NCBI GenBank assembly: GCA_964016885.1
Contig: OZ024749.1
Location: 38,068,001 to 38,132,000, forward strand
From: Eledone cirrhosa
Taxonomy: Eukaryota
Reading direction: 5' to 3'
Length of the DNA: 64,000 nucleotides
How positions within the stretch are numbered: the first letter of the stretch is position 1; each line of letters opens with the position of its first letter. The notes beneath the pieces are model-generated. The model saw only the letters and a list, made by a program, of their open reading frames with translations, had not been told where the DNA came from and made no database searches. Position numbers and translations under genes: made by a program. This document shows, in pieces, positions 29,823 to 42,429 of the stretch.

Positions 29823-30485
29823 TAATAACACTACACCCCACCCTAACAAGCAGACCCACCTTTCACCACCTCATATTTTCGTAATAACACTACACCCCGC
29901 CCAAACCACCATAGCCACCATTCTCCATCTCATATTTTCGTAATAACACTACACCCCACCAAAACCACCACAGCCACCATTTACCACCTCATATTTTGGT
30001 AATAACACTACACCCCGCCCAAACCACCACAGCCACCATTCTCCATCTCATATTTTCGTAATAACACTACACCCCACCAAAACCACCACAGCCACCATTT
30101 ACCACCTCATATTTTGGTAATAACACTACACCCCGCCCAAACCACCATAGCCACCATTTACCACCTCATATTTTCGTAATAACACTACACCCCACCAAAA
30201 CCACCACAGCCACCATTTACCATCTCATATTTTCGTAATAACACTACACCCCGCCAAAACCACCACAGCCACCATTTACCACCTCATATTTTCGTAATAA
30301 CACTACACCCCACCAAAACCACCACAGCCACCATTTACCATCTCATATTTTCGTAATAACACTACACCCCACCAAAACCACCACAGCCACCATTTACCAC
30401 CTCATATTTTGGTAATAACACTACAACCCCACCCAAACCAGCACACTCGCCTTTCACCACCCCACGTATCTGCAATAACACTACG
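29823..30485. repeat. 59-bp C-rich minisatellite (about 11 copies)
   Basis: Unit taataacactacaccccrcc(c/a)aaaccaccacagccaccatttaccacctcatattttcg, with degenerate flanking copies. Confidence 0.93.
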
Positions 30486-30852
30486 AACCACACTCAAACC
30501 CACCTTACCCAAACTTCACCACATCAGATCTCTCCAATAACAGGACCCCACCAACCAGATAAACCACCCCAAACTCCACAGCACCTCACGTCTCAGAAAT
30601 AATACAACACAAACCACTCCACCAAACCAAAGCACTACTACCCCCCAACCCACCTGACGTCTCATTAATAATACCACCCCAACCACTCCTCACAGCCCCT
30701 CCTCACCTCCCAAGCCATTTTTATTTATTGAATGTAAACTATTTTTACTTATATCATTTCCTTAATTCTTTCTTGTGCAACTCAATTGGGCAACATATAA
30801 ATATATATATATGTTGTGTGTGTGTCCGTATAGACACATATATATATATATA

Positions 30853-31220
30853 TAATATAAGATCAAAAGATGGTTAAAGGAGTTCCATATATTTTATTAT
30901 GCGCATTTCAAAAACAAACATCATCAAGCAATAATATTTGTGTTTTCATCATATAAAACAGGAGAACATGATATGAAGGCTAAAAAAACACTTGTTGATA
31001 GTGCAGTTTTAAATCATGTTCTCCTGTTTTATCTGATGAAAACACAAATATTATTGCTTGATGATGTTTGTTTTTGAAATGCGCATAATAAAATATATGG
31101 AACTCCTTTAACCATCTTTTGATCTTATATTATGCATACTCCAGTCCCACAAACTGTAGAGTGCTTCTTATCCGATATCTGCATTGCTTTATTGTACTAC
31201 AATAAAACTCACCTCCTACA
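30853..31220. mobile_element. Family D element: palindrome with ~120-bp arms containing an HHR, plus 3' tail
   Basis: Arms 30853-30972 and 31013-31132. Intact HHR on + at 31026-31094; the inverted copy has C3>A. Confidence 0.85.
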
Positions 31221-31257
31221 TTATATATATATATATATATATGTCTACACGCACACG

Positions 31258-31289
<32 letters not shown>

Positions 31290-31302
31290 CACACACACAC
31301 AC

Positions 31303-31345
<43 letters not shown>

Positions 31346-31435
31346 TATTTACACAAGTCAAAACGAAACGAACGCAAAAAACAAAGTTTATATGATGTAT
31401 ATATGTATGTATGTATATATGTACATATGTATGTA

Positions 31436-32030
31436 TTGGTGCTACTGGTAACATGTATCCCAGTACAACCTGTCTCATGGTCGGGTCGTTGGCGACTAAA
31501 CTGGCAACCCCACCAAGGTTTCTTGGTGAGGAGGGTGACTTTGGACATCCTGCAGGACTAAAAACAAAACCTGTCAAAGGGTAAAGGAGCTCTTAAGAGT
31601 CAATGGCCATCCAAAATCACCGGGAGAGATGACCCCTTAGCCTTTGTCAAGGCAGAATTCTAGGAGAAGGAAAACTCTGATATAACACCTGTAACTCTGA
31701 TGGTATCCAATGATGTTGACTTATTCTTCTTTTTGGCAAATATCATCTTGGTTAAGCGAGTGGGACTGGCTTTGTGCAGTGCCTTTGCTCATTATAAAAG
31801 CTTCACGGCACAGGCATTGCTTTATATCTGGAGATCTCTCTGCACTTGTCGTCACATGGTACCATGGGCCCAGCACGATGTGTCAATAATTGTCACACGT
31901 GTAGTGTTTGTACCAGAGTTTTCAAGTCGCTGGCTGGACTAAAAAGTCACACTCGTTCAACGCATCGGTAGGGGTTCTCCTACATGGATATAAAGTAATG
32001 GCCGTACTCGAAAACGAGTTGGCAGCCACC
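31436..32030 (+). mobile_element. Non-autonomous RTE-derived element (about 600 bp) in (ATGT)n
   Basis: 3' part resembles an RTE C-terminal zinc finger (CSVCTR.FKSLAGLKSHTR) and ends in an (ATGT)n tail. Copies at 50993-51510, 60501-60864 and 61004-61643. Confidence 0.75.
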
Positions 32031-32109
32031 ATGTATGTATGTATGCATGTATGTATATATGTATGTATGTTTGTATATATGTACGTACGTATGTTTGTAT
32101 GTATGTATG

Positions 32110-32143
<34 letters not shown>

Positions 32144-32995
32144 TGTATGTTTGTTTGTATGTATGTTTGTTTGTATGTATGTAGGTAAGTGTATGAAATC
32201 TATGTAAATATATAAACATCGAAACACCTAAAAGATATTAGCATACATCAGTTCAAGTGTTACTTTTTAGTTTGTATTGTCAGATTTGATTAGGAATTCA
32301 ATTAGTGGAGATTATACTTTTTATTTTACCTTGTCTATTTATTCACATTCAGTGAAGACACTTAGTGATTCAAACGTTAATATTGTCGTTAGTTCTAGTG
32401 TCCGCGGCGTGTTGTGCCCTTCAGTAAAACACTTTATTTCCTGTCTCACAAGTTCAGTCAGCTAGCAAAAATGGGTCGTCCTATGATTTCAAAAGGCCAG
32501 CGTTCACAAACATTTTGTCAGTCGAAGTTGCCTGAGAATTACGCCGATTGCAGACAATTACTCTATCATAAAGGATGGGTGTACCAGTAATAATCTTTGT
32601 ATTATGCAAATTCTCTCTGAAATCTATGTTAATGATGCACATATCTGTTGATTTCACGAGTAGGCAATTCTATAGTTCGAACAGCTGAAAACACTCATCT
32701 TCGCTACAGACGGAGACAAACATACACACATCCAAGGTTAAAATAACAGTGAACTTTTCGTCATGTGTTTACCCAGTAAGGAAAATAAATGAACGCTGCA
32801 TTATTTCAGTTGATATGGAAACTCTGTAATGTAAATATAAACCAGATTTTGTGTATTTGGGAATTTCTTGGAGAAAGAAAGTATGTGCAAATTTGTGATA
32901 TTTATGCACTTTTTATGAGGAATTATCGACTGGAAAGCCAAAAGATGTTGGTGACGCTAGTACTGTGTAAATAAAACGCTAACTACTGAAATAAT

Positions 32996-33178
32996 TGTTT
33001 CTACTATTGGCACAAGGCCAGAAAATTACCCAGTACATTACTGGTACTTTATTTTATCGACCCCGTAAGGATGAAAGGCAAAGTTAACCTCGGCGGGATT
33101 TGAACTCAGAATGGCAAGGGCCGTAACTCTATGCGTCAAAGCATGGCGTCCGAACCTCTACCGATACTGCCAATCCAC
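32996..33178 (-). mobile_element. Near full-length SINE with 11-bp TSD
   Basis: TSD actgaaataat at 32985-32995 and 33179-33189. Confidence 0.9.
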
Positions 33179-33513
33179 ACTGAAATAATGAGTATTTTAT
33201 AGTTTGTGACTAACACTCACAATAACCAGGTTATATGAAATACGATGACGGAAATAAATCACGGAAAAAACAAGTAATAAAAAAAGGTTTCACTTTTGAC
33301 TAGGAAGAAAATGAAAAGGGAAAACGTGCATTTTATTTAAATATAAAAATATTGCAAACTATACCGTCAATACACTGAAAAAAGGCAAGGATTATATAGC
33401 ATTAATAGAACAATTTTAAAGTATTAAATCTTGTTAGTTCCCTCCATATTGTAAAAAATAAGCTGATCGCATTTGCAAACGAAATTTAATTTAATAAAAA
33501 GACTAATACATAC

Positions 33514-33727
33514 TCTCTGTGACGCCTATAACGCGGTCTTCGGTGCCATATCTTTGAGTAAGATCTATGTAAACGACAATAGCATATTCCAAGGATGATG
33601 AGAACGAATACCAAAGCTCCGCCTAGTGTGCCAGCAAGGATGTAAATACTGTGGATATGGTGCGGACGTTCGTTGTCTCGGAATGTATACGGGTGATTCT
33701 CAATTGGTTGATGTGCAAACAGATCAA
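33514..33727 (-). CDS. Exon of the same gene; juxtamembrane region, transmembrane helix and basic stop-transfer segment
   Basis: Acceptor tcttttatctttAG and donor GTatgt. The 214-nt exon (phase 1 to 2) translates VDLFAHQPIENHPYTFRDNERPHHIHSIYILAGTLGGALVFVLIILGICYCRLHRSYSKIWHRRPRYRRHR. From memory, HSIYIL...IIL..CRL.R resembles the DNER TM region. Confidence 0.9.
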
Positions 33728-33912
33728 CTAAAGATAAAAGATAGAACGAATGAATGAAATACAAACTACGAGATATCAACAGGAAAGTCACGTGACTGAA
33801 AAAGATAAGATACATAAAATCGTAGAAAAGACAAGTTAATATTTCATTTTCAAATTTGTGTAATCACGATGTGAAACAAATTCTGCTCTCTCTCACCCTC
33901 TCTCTCTCTCTC

Positions 33913-33979
<67 letters not shown>

Positions 33980-34151
33980 AATTAGTATATCTAGTAACAT
34001 ATATATACACAGATGCATACTTATGCTAGCAAATATATAGGTTTTGTCTTAGTAACTTTGTGGTTCAATGCATGGGGTTATTCCCTTTCAGAAACTAATT
34101 AGTTGGGAGTGAAATTTTAGTAAGTTAAATTTATAATTTTCTTATTTTACG

Positions 34152-34235
<84 letters not shown>

Positions 34236-34832
34236 GTGTGTGTGTGTTAGGTAATTCCAAAGAAAAAGCAAAGGAAAAAAAGAGTGCTATTTAATTAGAA
34301 AGTGTTTCCAGAAACCTTTGGTAATGGAGTAGTTATATACTGTGTTGTCCACTTTCTAATTATATATATATATATATCCCTCTCTCTCTCTCTCTCTCTC
34401 TCTCTCGCACCTCACTCATCTACTATCTTACCCACTTTCTCTCTCATGCACCTTTTTGCCGAATACCTGGTTATGTGACCTTAACACACAAAAACCTAAA
34501 TATAGAAACGGACGTATCCCCCCCCCACACACACACATACGTAAACATATATATATATATATATATTTAGAAGTCCTTTGCTGTTTGAAGTTTGAAACCT
34601 TAGGTAGCATGCATTTGTATTGAGATCTTATTTATATAATATATTTTGACTCCATACATTACGTAGAACGCTTTTTATTCCTTGATCTATTATAGGAAAT
34701 CTCTTGGCACTATATATACAGCTCCCCATGAGGAAAGATCGATGCATAGTCATTTATTTACTAAGGAGATTGACATTCTTTAGTCCAATAAGTTGAGTAT
34801 TCTAAAGATACTAGTAGTTATACCAACACAAC

Positions 34833-35830
34833 ATGATGGAAATATATGAGATCAACTACACTTCCAAAAACACACCAACAACAACCAATACATATTACAT
34901 AAAAAGGCCCATAGAGAAAAATGGAATATCTTGTGTGCTGATTGACATGTAAGACATTATTTGACGGTGAGATACGCAACAATACCACCAAAATACTTCA
35001 ACATAACGTCATACAAACAACCTCCTAGAGCTAGAGATTTAGCTCCCATCGAAGTGGATTTATAGCAAATGATTAATAACATAAAATGTTGTAAGTACTA
35101 TAACCATTTCCAAGCTAAACTTTCGCATGACATAAATAAGATTAAATCAGCTAGTAATATTTTCGTCTTTTCTGATGAAACAAAAAACTTTTATGAAGTT
35201 GATAAGGAGAAATATAATAATCTCATATTAGATTGTAATACTAACAAATACCAGAAAGCAAATTCTATTATTATAATAAAATTAATAACGGTGCTAAACA
35301 CATCGCTATGAATCTAAATATAGATAAAAGAATTGAAAGCCTTGATAAACAAATGCTTATATCACGCTGAAAGATCATAAGAGGACTTTAATAACAGGAC
35401 TTTAATATTAGACCTTCTTGAAGATGAATTGACGCTGCTAGAACCGAGATATGATTTGCCAATAAGATATTAAGAGAGATAAATGCATGGATTTAGAATG
35501 ATACTTGACCTTTAACAATGGAAGAATAATTCTTCATAGAAATATTATGCCTGGTTTACACAATTCGATATAACAGACCTTTCCCCTACATGCCTAGTTC
35601 ACTATTAGCGAAGCCTAAGGAGTTCGCCCGCGGATCTGGTCCAAGCACTGACCAAGAGATAGAAGTCAGAATACCCTCCTATTTACTAATGAGACTACCC
35701 GGGTTAAAAAATCAAACCAAGAGAATTGTTTTGATGTATCAATGGGATTCTATGATAGTGTGGATGTGTGTGATTTGGTTGGGCTCTATATACTTCATTC
35801 CATTAGCAGATAAAGAATGTCTATGTCCTA
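34833..35830 (+). pseudogene. Decayed Penelope-like retroelement ORF (Naiad-type RT)
   Basis: Motifs across frameshifts: FQAKLSHDINKIK..IFVFSDETKNFY (DKT-like), AYITLKDHK (35355), FTQFDITD (35555) and FDVSMGFYDSVDVCDLVGLY (35730). From memory these match Naiad RT FDVTMGSYDGAEVCELVGLY. Confidence 0.8.
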
Positions 35831-35882
35831 TGCTGGATGAAATTTGAAACCTAAGGAAGCATGTATTTATTTTGAGATTTTA

Positions 35883-35929
<47 letters not shown>

Positions 35930-36074
35930 GTATATACACATACATGAATAAAATCTCAACGTAAATACATGCTAAGATGAAACTCCTGAGTAACCAACCA
36001 CCTAGCCATAATAAATAAATATCTACTCTCTTCTTCGGTATTGAGTACTAATTCTCAAGTACGTCAATAATACA

Positions 36075-36125
<51 letters not shown>

Positions 36126-36532
36126 TTCTTAGGGTAAACATTGATGCAATTCAATTCAAGCACTCAACGTACTTTTTCCACATAGGAGTGACGGAGTAAA
36201 TATCGAATAAGTAAAAGCCAAGTAGTTTCAGATGTTCAATGCTGTGATATATATATCACAGCATTATTATTAAAGGACTTGAACATCTGAAACTACTTCG
36301 CTTTTACTTATTCTGTATATATATATACATTGTTATACTTGGGGAGGGACATATTGTTGTAATAATATTGCCAGAACACACTGTTTGGTTGGTTTTCGCT
36401 TCTCTATCTTTTATATCTCCACAGTGAGTTTGTTCTGTTATTATTTCTGGCAATATTATTAAAACAATATGATCCTCCCCAAGTATAACAATATTTGTTT
36501 CGAAACACGATTTCATATCAAAAACCTCGCAA

Positions 36533-36583
<51 letters not shown>

Positions 36584-36586
<3 letters not shown>

Positions 36587-36745
36587 CAAGTTATTCCGGG
36601 TTGAATCGGAGGTAACCTCAGTAAGTAAGGTACTCAATACATAGCAGAGTATAAAAGTTTTAATATAGATGAGATTCTACAGGACTAGAACTGTTTCATT
36701 CTTTAGAATGAAACAGTTCTAGTCCTGTAGAATCTCATCTATATT

Positions 36746-36750
<5 letters not shown>
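36584..36750. mobile_element. Family C element folded back at HHR stem II
   Basis: Arms ttttaatatagatgagattctacaggactagaactgtttcattct and reverse complement. Family also at 38820-38970 and 55993-56175. Confidence 0.8.
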
Positions 36751-36831
<81 letters not shown>

Positions 36832-36930
36832 TATATAGTAATAATAATAAATTAGAAGACTAAAATCCAAAGAGGGCTCGATAAGGCTCGATTCTTTGCT
36901 TAAACTTTAATCTGTTATTTTAATAAATAC

Positions 36931-36963
<33 letters not shown>

Positions 36964-38166
36964 ATAATAATAATATTATTATTCATACTTATATATACAC
37001 TACATATAATTATAAGCAGGAAAGGTCAGTAATTCATTACCACCTTATTACCAGTAAGAAAAATAGCTCAATGTAAATACATCAGATGTTTTACAGAGCC
37101 GGAATATAAATTTATATATACATATATATTAATTTATTAAAATAACAGACTAATGTTTAAGCAAAGAATCGCTGCTTTTACCCTTAACGGGATCTTCTGA
37201 AACTTTTATATATTGGATATATATTTATCCTTATCGAGCCCTCTTTGGATTTTAGTCTTCACATTTATTATTATTGCTGTATATATACGACGGGCCTGTG
37301 CAAATTCCTTCTTAAAAATTCCACAAGTAGCTAGGTATTGAAACTGTGTCTAATACCACGTGGTTGCGAAGCGAACTTGTTAACCAGACAGTTATGCTGC
37401 AGTTAACTTAAAGACAGACATATATTTCTTAAAGTGCCATTGAAAATGGCTGAAACCGGATATATTAACAAACACTTAGTCAATATATAATAGAGTAACG
37501 GCTAATAAAATATTAATATTTCTGGGAGTGTGGCAATGGGGCAGAAGTATGTGATCAGGAGTGAAGTGAAATGCTGATTTTTCTGGCCAGCATGTATCTC
37601 TGAGGGGATATTTTAAAGACCAATAAATTATTCATAATTTATGTTTCATAATTAATTGCTTACATATATTTCTACATTTGATATTATTAATTCCTTGTAT
37701 ATATTTATATTTTTATATATTTCATTTATTTATTATTGATATTATTATTATTATAGTTGTTGTTGTTGTTGTTGTTGTTCTTGTTCTTGTTCTTGTTATT
37801 TCTGTCAATTAGTATTAACGGAAAAAACAAAACAATAAAACAACGAGAAACAAATTTCATTGAAATGAAAATAAATAACATCCCCTCAAACGAAAAATAA
37901 AACAATAAAATAAAGCAAACATGAACAAATGTTAAAATAAAATATATTGGTGGTGTGATTGTCTTGTAAAATGGTGAAGAAAATGAAATAATTAGTAATA
38001 TAATTAGCAATGGTATACAAAATAATATCACACACACACACCCACACACCCACACACATACACACATATTGCTCTAGGGTTCTTATATATTTGATATACA
38101 TTTATCCTTATCGAACCCTCTTTGGATTTTAGTCTTCAAATTTGTTATTATTACTATATATATAAA

Positions 38167-38355
38167 GGGCGGTGGATTGGCAGTATCGGTAGAGGGTCGG
38201 ACGCCATGCTTTGACGCATAGAGTTACGGCCCTTGCCATTCTGAGTTCAAATCCCGCCGAGGTTAACTTTGCCTTTCATCCTTACGGGGTCGATAAAATA
38301 AAGTACCAGTAATGCACTGGGTAATTGCTGGCCTTGTGCCAAAAGTAGAAACAAT

Positions 38356-38360
<5 letters not shown>
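38167..38360 (+). mobile_element. Full-length, consensus-like SINE
   Basis: A-box, B-box, central domain and tail present. Further copies near 21555-21720, 39462-39862, 40013-40485, 42530-42830, 44688-44900, 47668-47997, 48162-48312, 55210-55339 and 58880-59050. Confidence 0.92.
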
Positions 38361-38389
<29 letters not shown>

Positions 38390-38587
38390 CAAAGAGGGTG
38401 TGGTAAGATTCTAGGTGGACCATAACGCATCAGAGTACTCAATACTTAGGGTAGTAGAGCGGGTAATAGGAAAAGAGTCAGGATTCCGACTGTTAAGCTC
38501 CGGCCGTTTAGACAGCTAGATCCGAAATGTTCTGATCTAGCTGTCGAAAGGGCCGGAGATCAGCCGTCGGGGTCCTGACTCTTTTCC

Positions 38588-38620
<33 letters not shown>

Positions 38621-38779
38621 TTATATATATATAGAAGTGGTTGCACAACAGTTAGATCACCTAAGGTGAACACAATTGTTCTCGGTGTAGTGAACTAACT
38701 GTTGTGTAACCACGTCTACCTGACTCGTCCCATGGACTGAGTGCTCTACCACTACGGATATTACCTTCCAGTGTTCTAC

Positions 38780-38810
<31 letters not shown>

Positions 38811-38968
38811 TATTTATATATAGAAGAGTTTCTACAGGACTAGAACTGTTTCATTTGTGAGAAATCAGTTCTAGTCCTGTAGAATCTCTTCTATATTAAA
38901 ACTTTTATACTCTGCTATGTATTGAGTATCTTGCTTACTGTGGTTACCTCCGATTCAACCCGGAATAA

Positions 38969-39066
<98 letters not shown>

Positions 39067-39614
39067 TCTGTGTGTGTGTGTGTGTGGGTGTGGCTGTGTG
39101 CGTGTGTGTGTGTGTATATATATATATACATTCAATCTCTCCCTTCATGATATCTTAGACAGATGTCTTTTCTATAAGTTCAGGTCAATTGTAGCCCTGT
39201 GAATGATTTTGGGGAGAATCAAAGTATACAGAAGCGAGTCGAGTCGACTGAACATGTAATACAAATGTCCAGCTATGTCACATCATGTGACACGTTAATT
39301 AGGCTCGGGAATTACAGGATACAATTCTTTGGAGAACTCAACCACCTACACGTTAGTTCACGAGTTGGTTAGTTCGATTGATTGACAAACTGAATGTTCT
39401 TTGTGAAAAACCATGCAGAATCAATCATCATCATATATAATTTTACGATGATTATTATTGTCGGTGGATTGCCAGAATTGGCAGAGTGTCGGACACCATG
39501 CTTTGCAGCACAGAGTTACAGCCCTTTACGGTTTGAGTTGAAATCCCGCCGGGGTTAACTTTACTTTTCATCATTACGGGATCGAGAAAATAAAGCACGA
39601 ATTAATCGATTCCC

Positions 39615-39650
<36 letters not shown>

Positions 39651-40738
39651 CTGTGCCTATAGTCGAAATCATTATTATTATTGTAACATCGGTAGAGGGT
39701 TGGACGCCATGCATTTTAGCATAGTTACGTCCCTTTACGGTCTGAATTCAAATCCCGCCGAGGTTAACTTTGCCTTTCATCCTTACAGGGTCGATAAAAT
39801 AAAGTACCAGTAATGAACTGGTTAATTGCTGACCTTGTGCCAAAAGTAGAAACAATTATTATTGTCGTAAGTTGTTTATTTCCTGAATGATATGTGTAGG
39901 TAATTAAATAAGGAAGAGTAATTAAATTTCTATTTCGACATAACGAAGCACAATAAACTTAAGAACTGTAGAACAGTTGAACTGAATCGACCCTGTAACA
40001 ATAATAACAGCATAATTGTTTCTACTTTTGGCACAAGGCCAGCAATTGCCCAGTGTATTACTGGTACTTTATTTTATCGACCCTGTAAGGATGAAAAGCA
40101 AAGTTAACCCCGGCGGGATTCCGTGGCGTCAGAAAGAATTGCGTACTCTTGCGTACTCCTTCAACTGCATCATTTCCGCCCTTATAATGATTGTTTCTCC
40201 TTTTAGCACTTGGCCCGCAATTATCCCAGTACATTACTGGTGCTTTATTTTATCGACGCTGTAAGGATGAAAGGCAAAGTTAATCTCGGTGGGATTTGAA
40301 CTCAATACATAAAGGGCTATGCTGTAAAGCATGGTGTCTGACGCTCTACCGATACTGCCAATCCACCGCCCTTATAATAATTGTTTCTACTTTTGGCACA
40401 ATGCCAGCAATTAACCAGTGTATTACTGGTACTTTATTTTATCGACCCTGTAAGGATGAAAGGCAAAGTTAACCACGGCGGGAATCCGTGGCGTCAGAAA
40501 GAATTGCGTACTCTTCAAACCGTCAGAGCTTTCAGACTGTATTTCGTTTAGCTGAAGCATGATATATCGGCAAAGATCAAGAACACACTTGAAACACGTG
40601 ATTGTGATATGATTGGCTGCCGTTAAATAATTAAATTACACAGCACTTGTTAGATAACACTCAATACGTATTCAATACACGACAATTATATTCAAAATAA
40701 TTTTTAATTATTGATTTTCAAATTCCAGTTTTGCTCAC

Positions 40739-40873
40739 CTACAAATTGGCATCTAGTTCCAACAAACGCCTCAGTACAAGCACAATGGTAACCATTAACT
40801 CGGTCGTGGCAGAGAGCACCGTTCAAACATGGATGGGAAACACAATCATTTATGTTTCGATCACAGCGATGTC
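40739..40873 (-). CDS. Exon of the same gene; calcium-binding-type EGF domain
   Basis: Acceptor ctctatttacAG and donor GTgagc. The 135-nt exon (phase 1 to 1) translates [45 protein letters not shown] and joins the upstream exon in frame. Confidence 0.93.
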
Positions 40874-41181
40874 CTGTAAATAGAGATGAGATGAGAAATT
40901 ATATATATAATTTGTTGATGTACAAGTGTACATGATGGGGGGTTTGTGTGTGTGTGTGTGTGGCTGCAATGGTGTGTATGACTGTGGTGTGAGGGGTTGT
41001 GTGTGTGGCTGCAATGGTGTGTGAGTCTGTGGTGTGGAGGTTGGGTGCGTGTGGCTGCAATGGTGTGTATACATATGTGCAATATATATATATAATATAT
41101 ATGTTGTAAACGACGAGGTTAGACGCAGTTTTGTCTTCCTGTAAATCACCGAAATACTAAGCAAGTATTGCATGAACGATG

Positions 41182-41215
<34 letters not shown>

Positions 41216-41280
41216 CACGAATAGTACCTTCTATATGGCAGCTACAACCTTGATTCATACTTAATATATTATATATCTAT

Positions 41281-41580
41281 CTAGGGCGGGTAAAATTCCC
41301 GATATCCATGGACGAGTTCTCTCCAGCGGTCTCTGTCCCTCATTATCGCTGCCATGTCCTGCGTCTCCAGCAGACCAGTGTCTGTCCTTAGGACATCAAC
41401 ATACGTTAACCTTGGTCTTCCTCTTCCAGTGTGTCCATGTAGGAGCTCCCACAGGAGCACTGAGTGCAGTGTCAACTCTGGATGACGGTGAGCATGTCCA
41501 GCTAACCTCAGTCGCCTCTGTGTCACTTTTGAGCTGACTTTTGGGAGGCTCCCATACAGCTCTGAGTTTTTCATTCTCAG
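41281..41580 (-). mobile_element. RTE-clade LINE 3' fragment
   Basis: RRLRLAGHAHRHPE...GRGRPRLTYVDVL...MRDRDRWRELV, followed by a TAGA-type tail. Confidence 0.85.
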
Positions 41581-41620
41581 TGTATATTATATAAATATTT
41601 TCATATATACACGGACACGG

Positions 41621-41658
<38 letters not shown>

Positions 41659-42217
41659 ACACGCATATATATATACCCACACTAATCTACACGTATATAT
41701 GTTTATATATGCCAACACATACAATGAAAGAGAGAAGGAGAGAGAGAGAGAGAGATAAGGTAGATGCCACTTACAATCTAAATCATACAATTTCTTTAAT
41801 GACATAATGTTATTAATTCATTAACTAAATCAAAATAATTCCTCAAGTTCCCTGCCATCGCCAGTTGTATAGAATATTCTAGACATTATATATTGCAATG
41901 TCATTTATTAAACCTCTCAGATCATTAGTGTTATTTAACATGACGCCAGGCCTGTCGTGTGCAATCTACCGATCAATACGTATGTTAATATTACGTAAGA
42001 TATTCGGCATTTTGTTTTATTTTTGTCTAAGATTGCAGAGAATTCGCTACACTAATTACAGAATGTTTTCATTAAGCCGTTGTTACTTCGTCCTCAGAAT
42101 TAGAATGCGCAAGTTCGCTTCGTTGTTAAGACTAATAAATTTACAGCTCAGACCGGTATAGGTTTAGCTGGCCTCATACGAGGCTGCTTCTCATAGGAGA
42201 TTTCCTTGGTAGTTTAA

Positions 42218-42429
42218 CCCTTTAACATTTAAACCGGCCATATACGGCCAAAATTGTCTCACCTCTTTCTGTTCAAACCAACTGTAACCGGCCGTTCAAA
42301 CCGATGTTAAGGTATTGTTCTCAAAATAAATAATATCAAAATCTCGTAGATTCGATATTATGTGAGATGATTATGTAAGATAAAGCCTTTACACAATAGT
42401 ATATATAGCGTAATATAAATGCTAAAGGG
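42218..42429. mobile_element. piggyBac-type MITE (212 bp)
   Basis: TTAA TSDs at 42214-42217 and 42430-42433; TIR CCCTTTARCATTTA with 13 of 14 matching. Confidence 0.88.
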
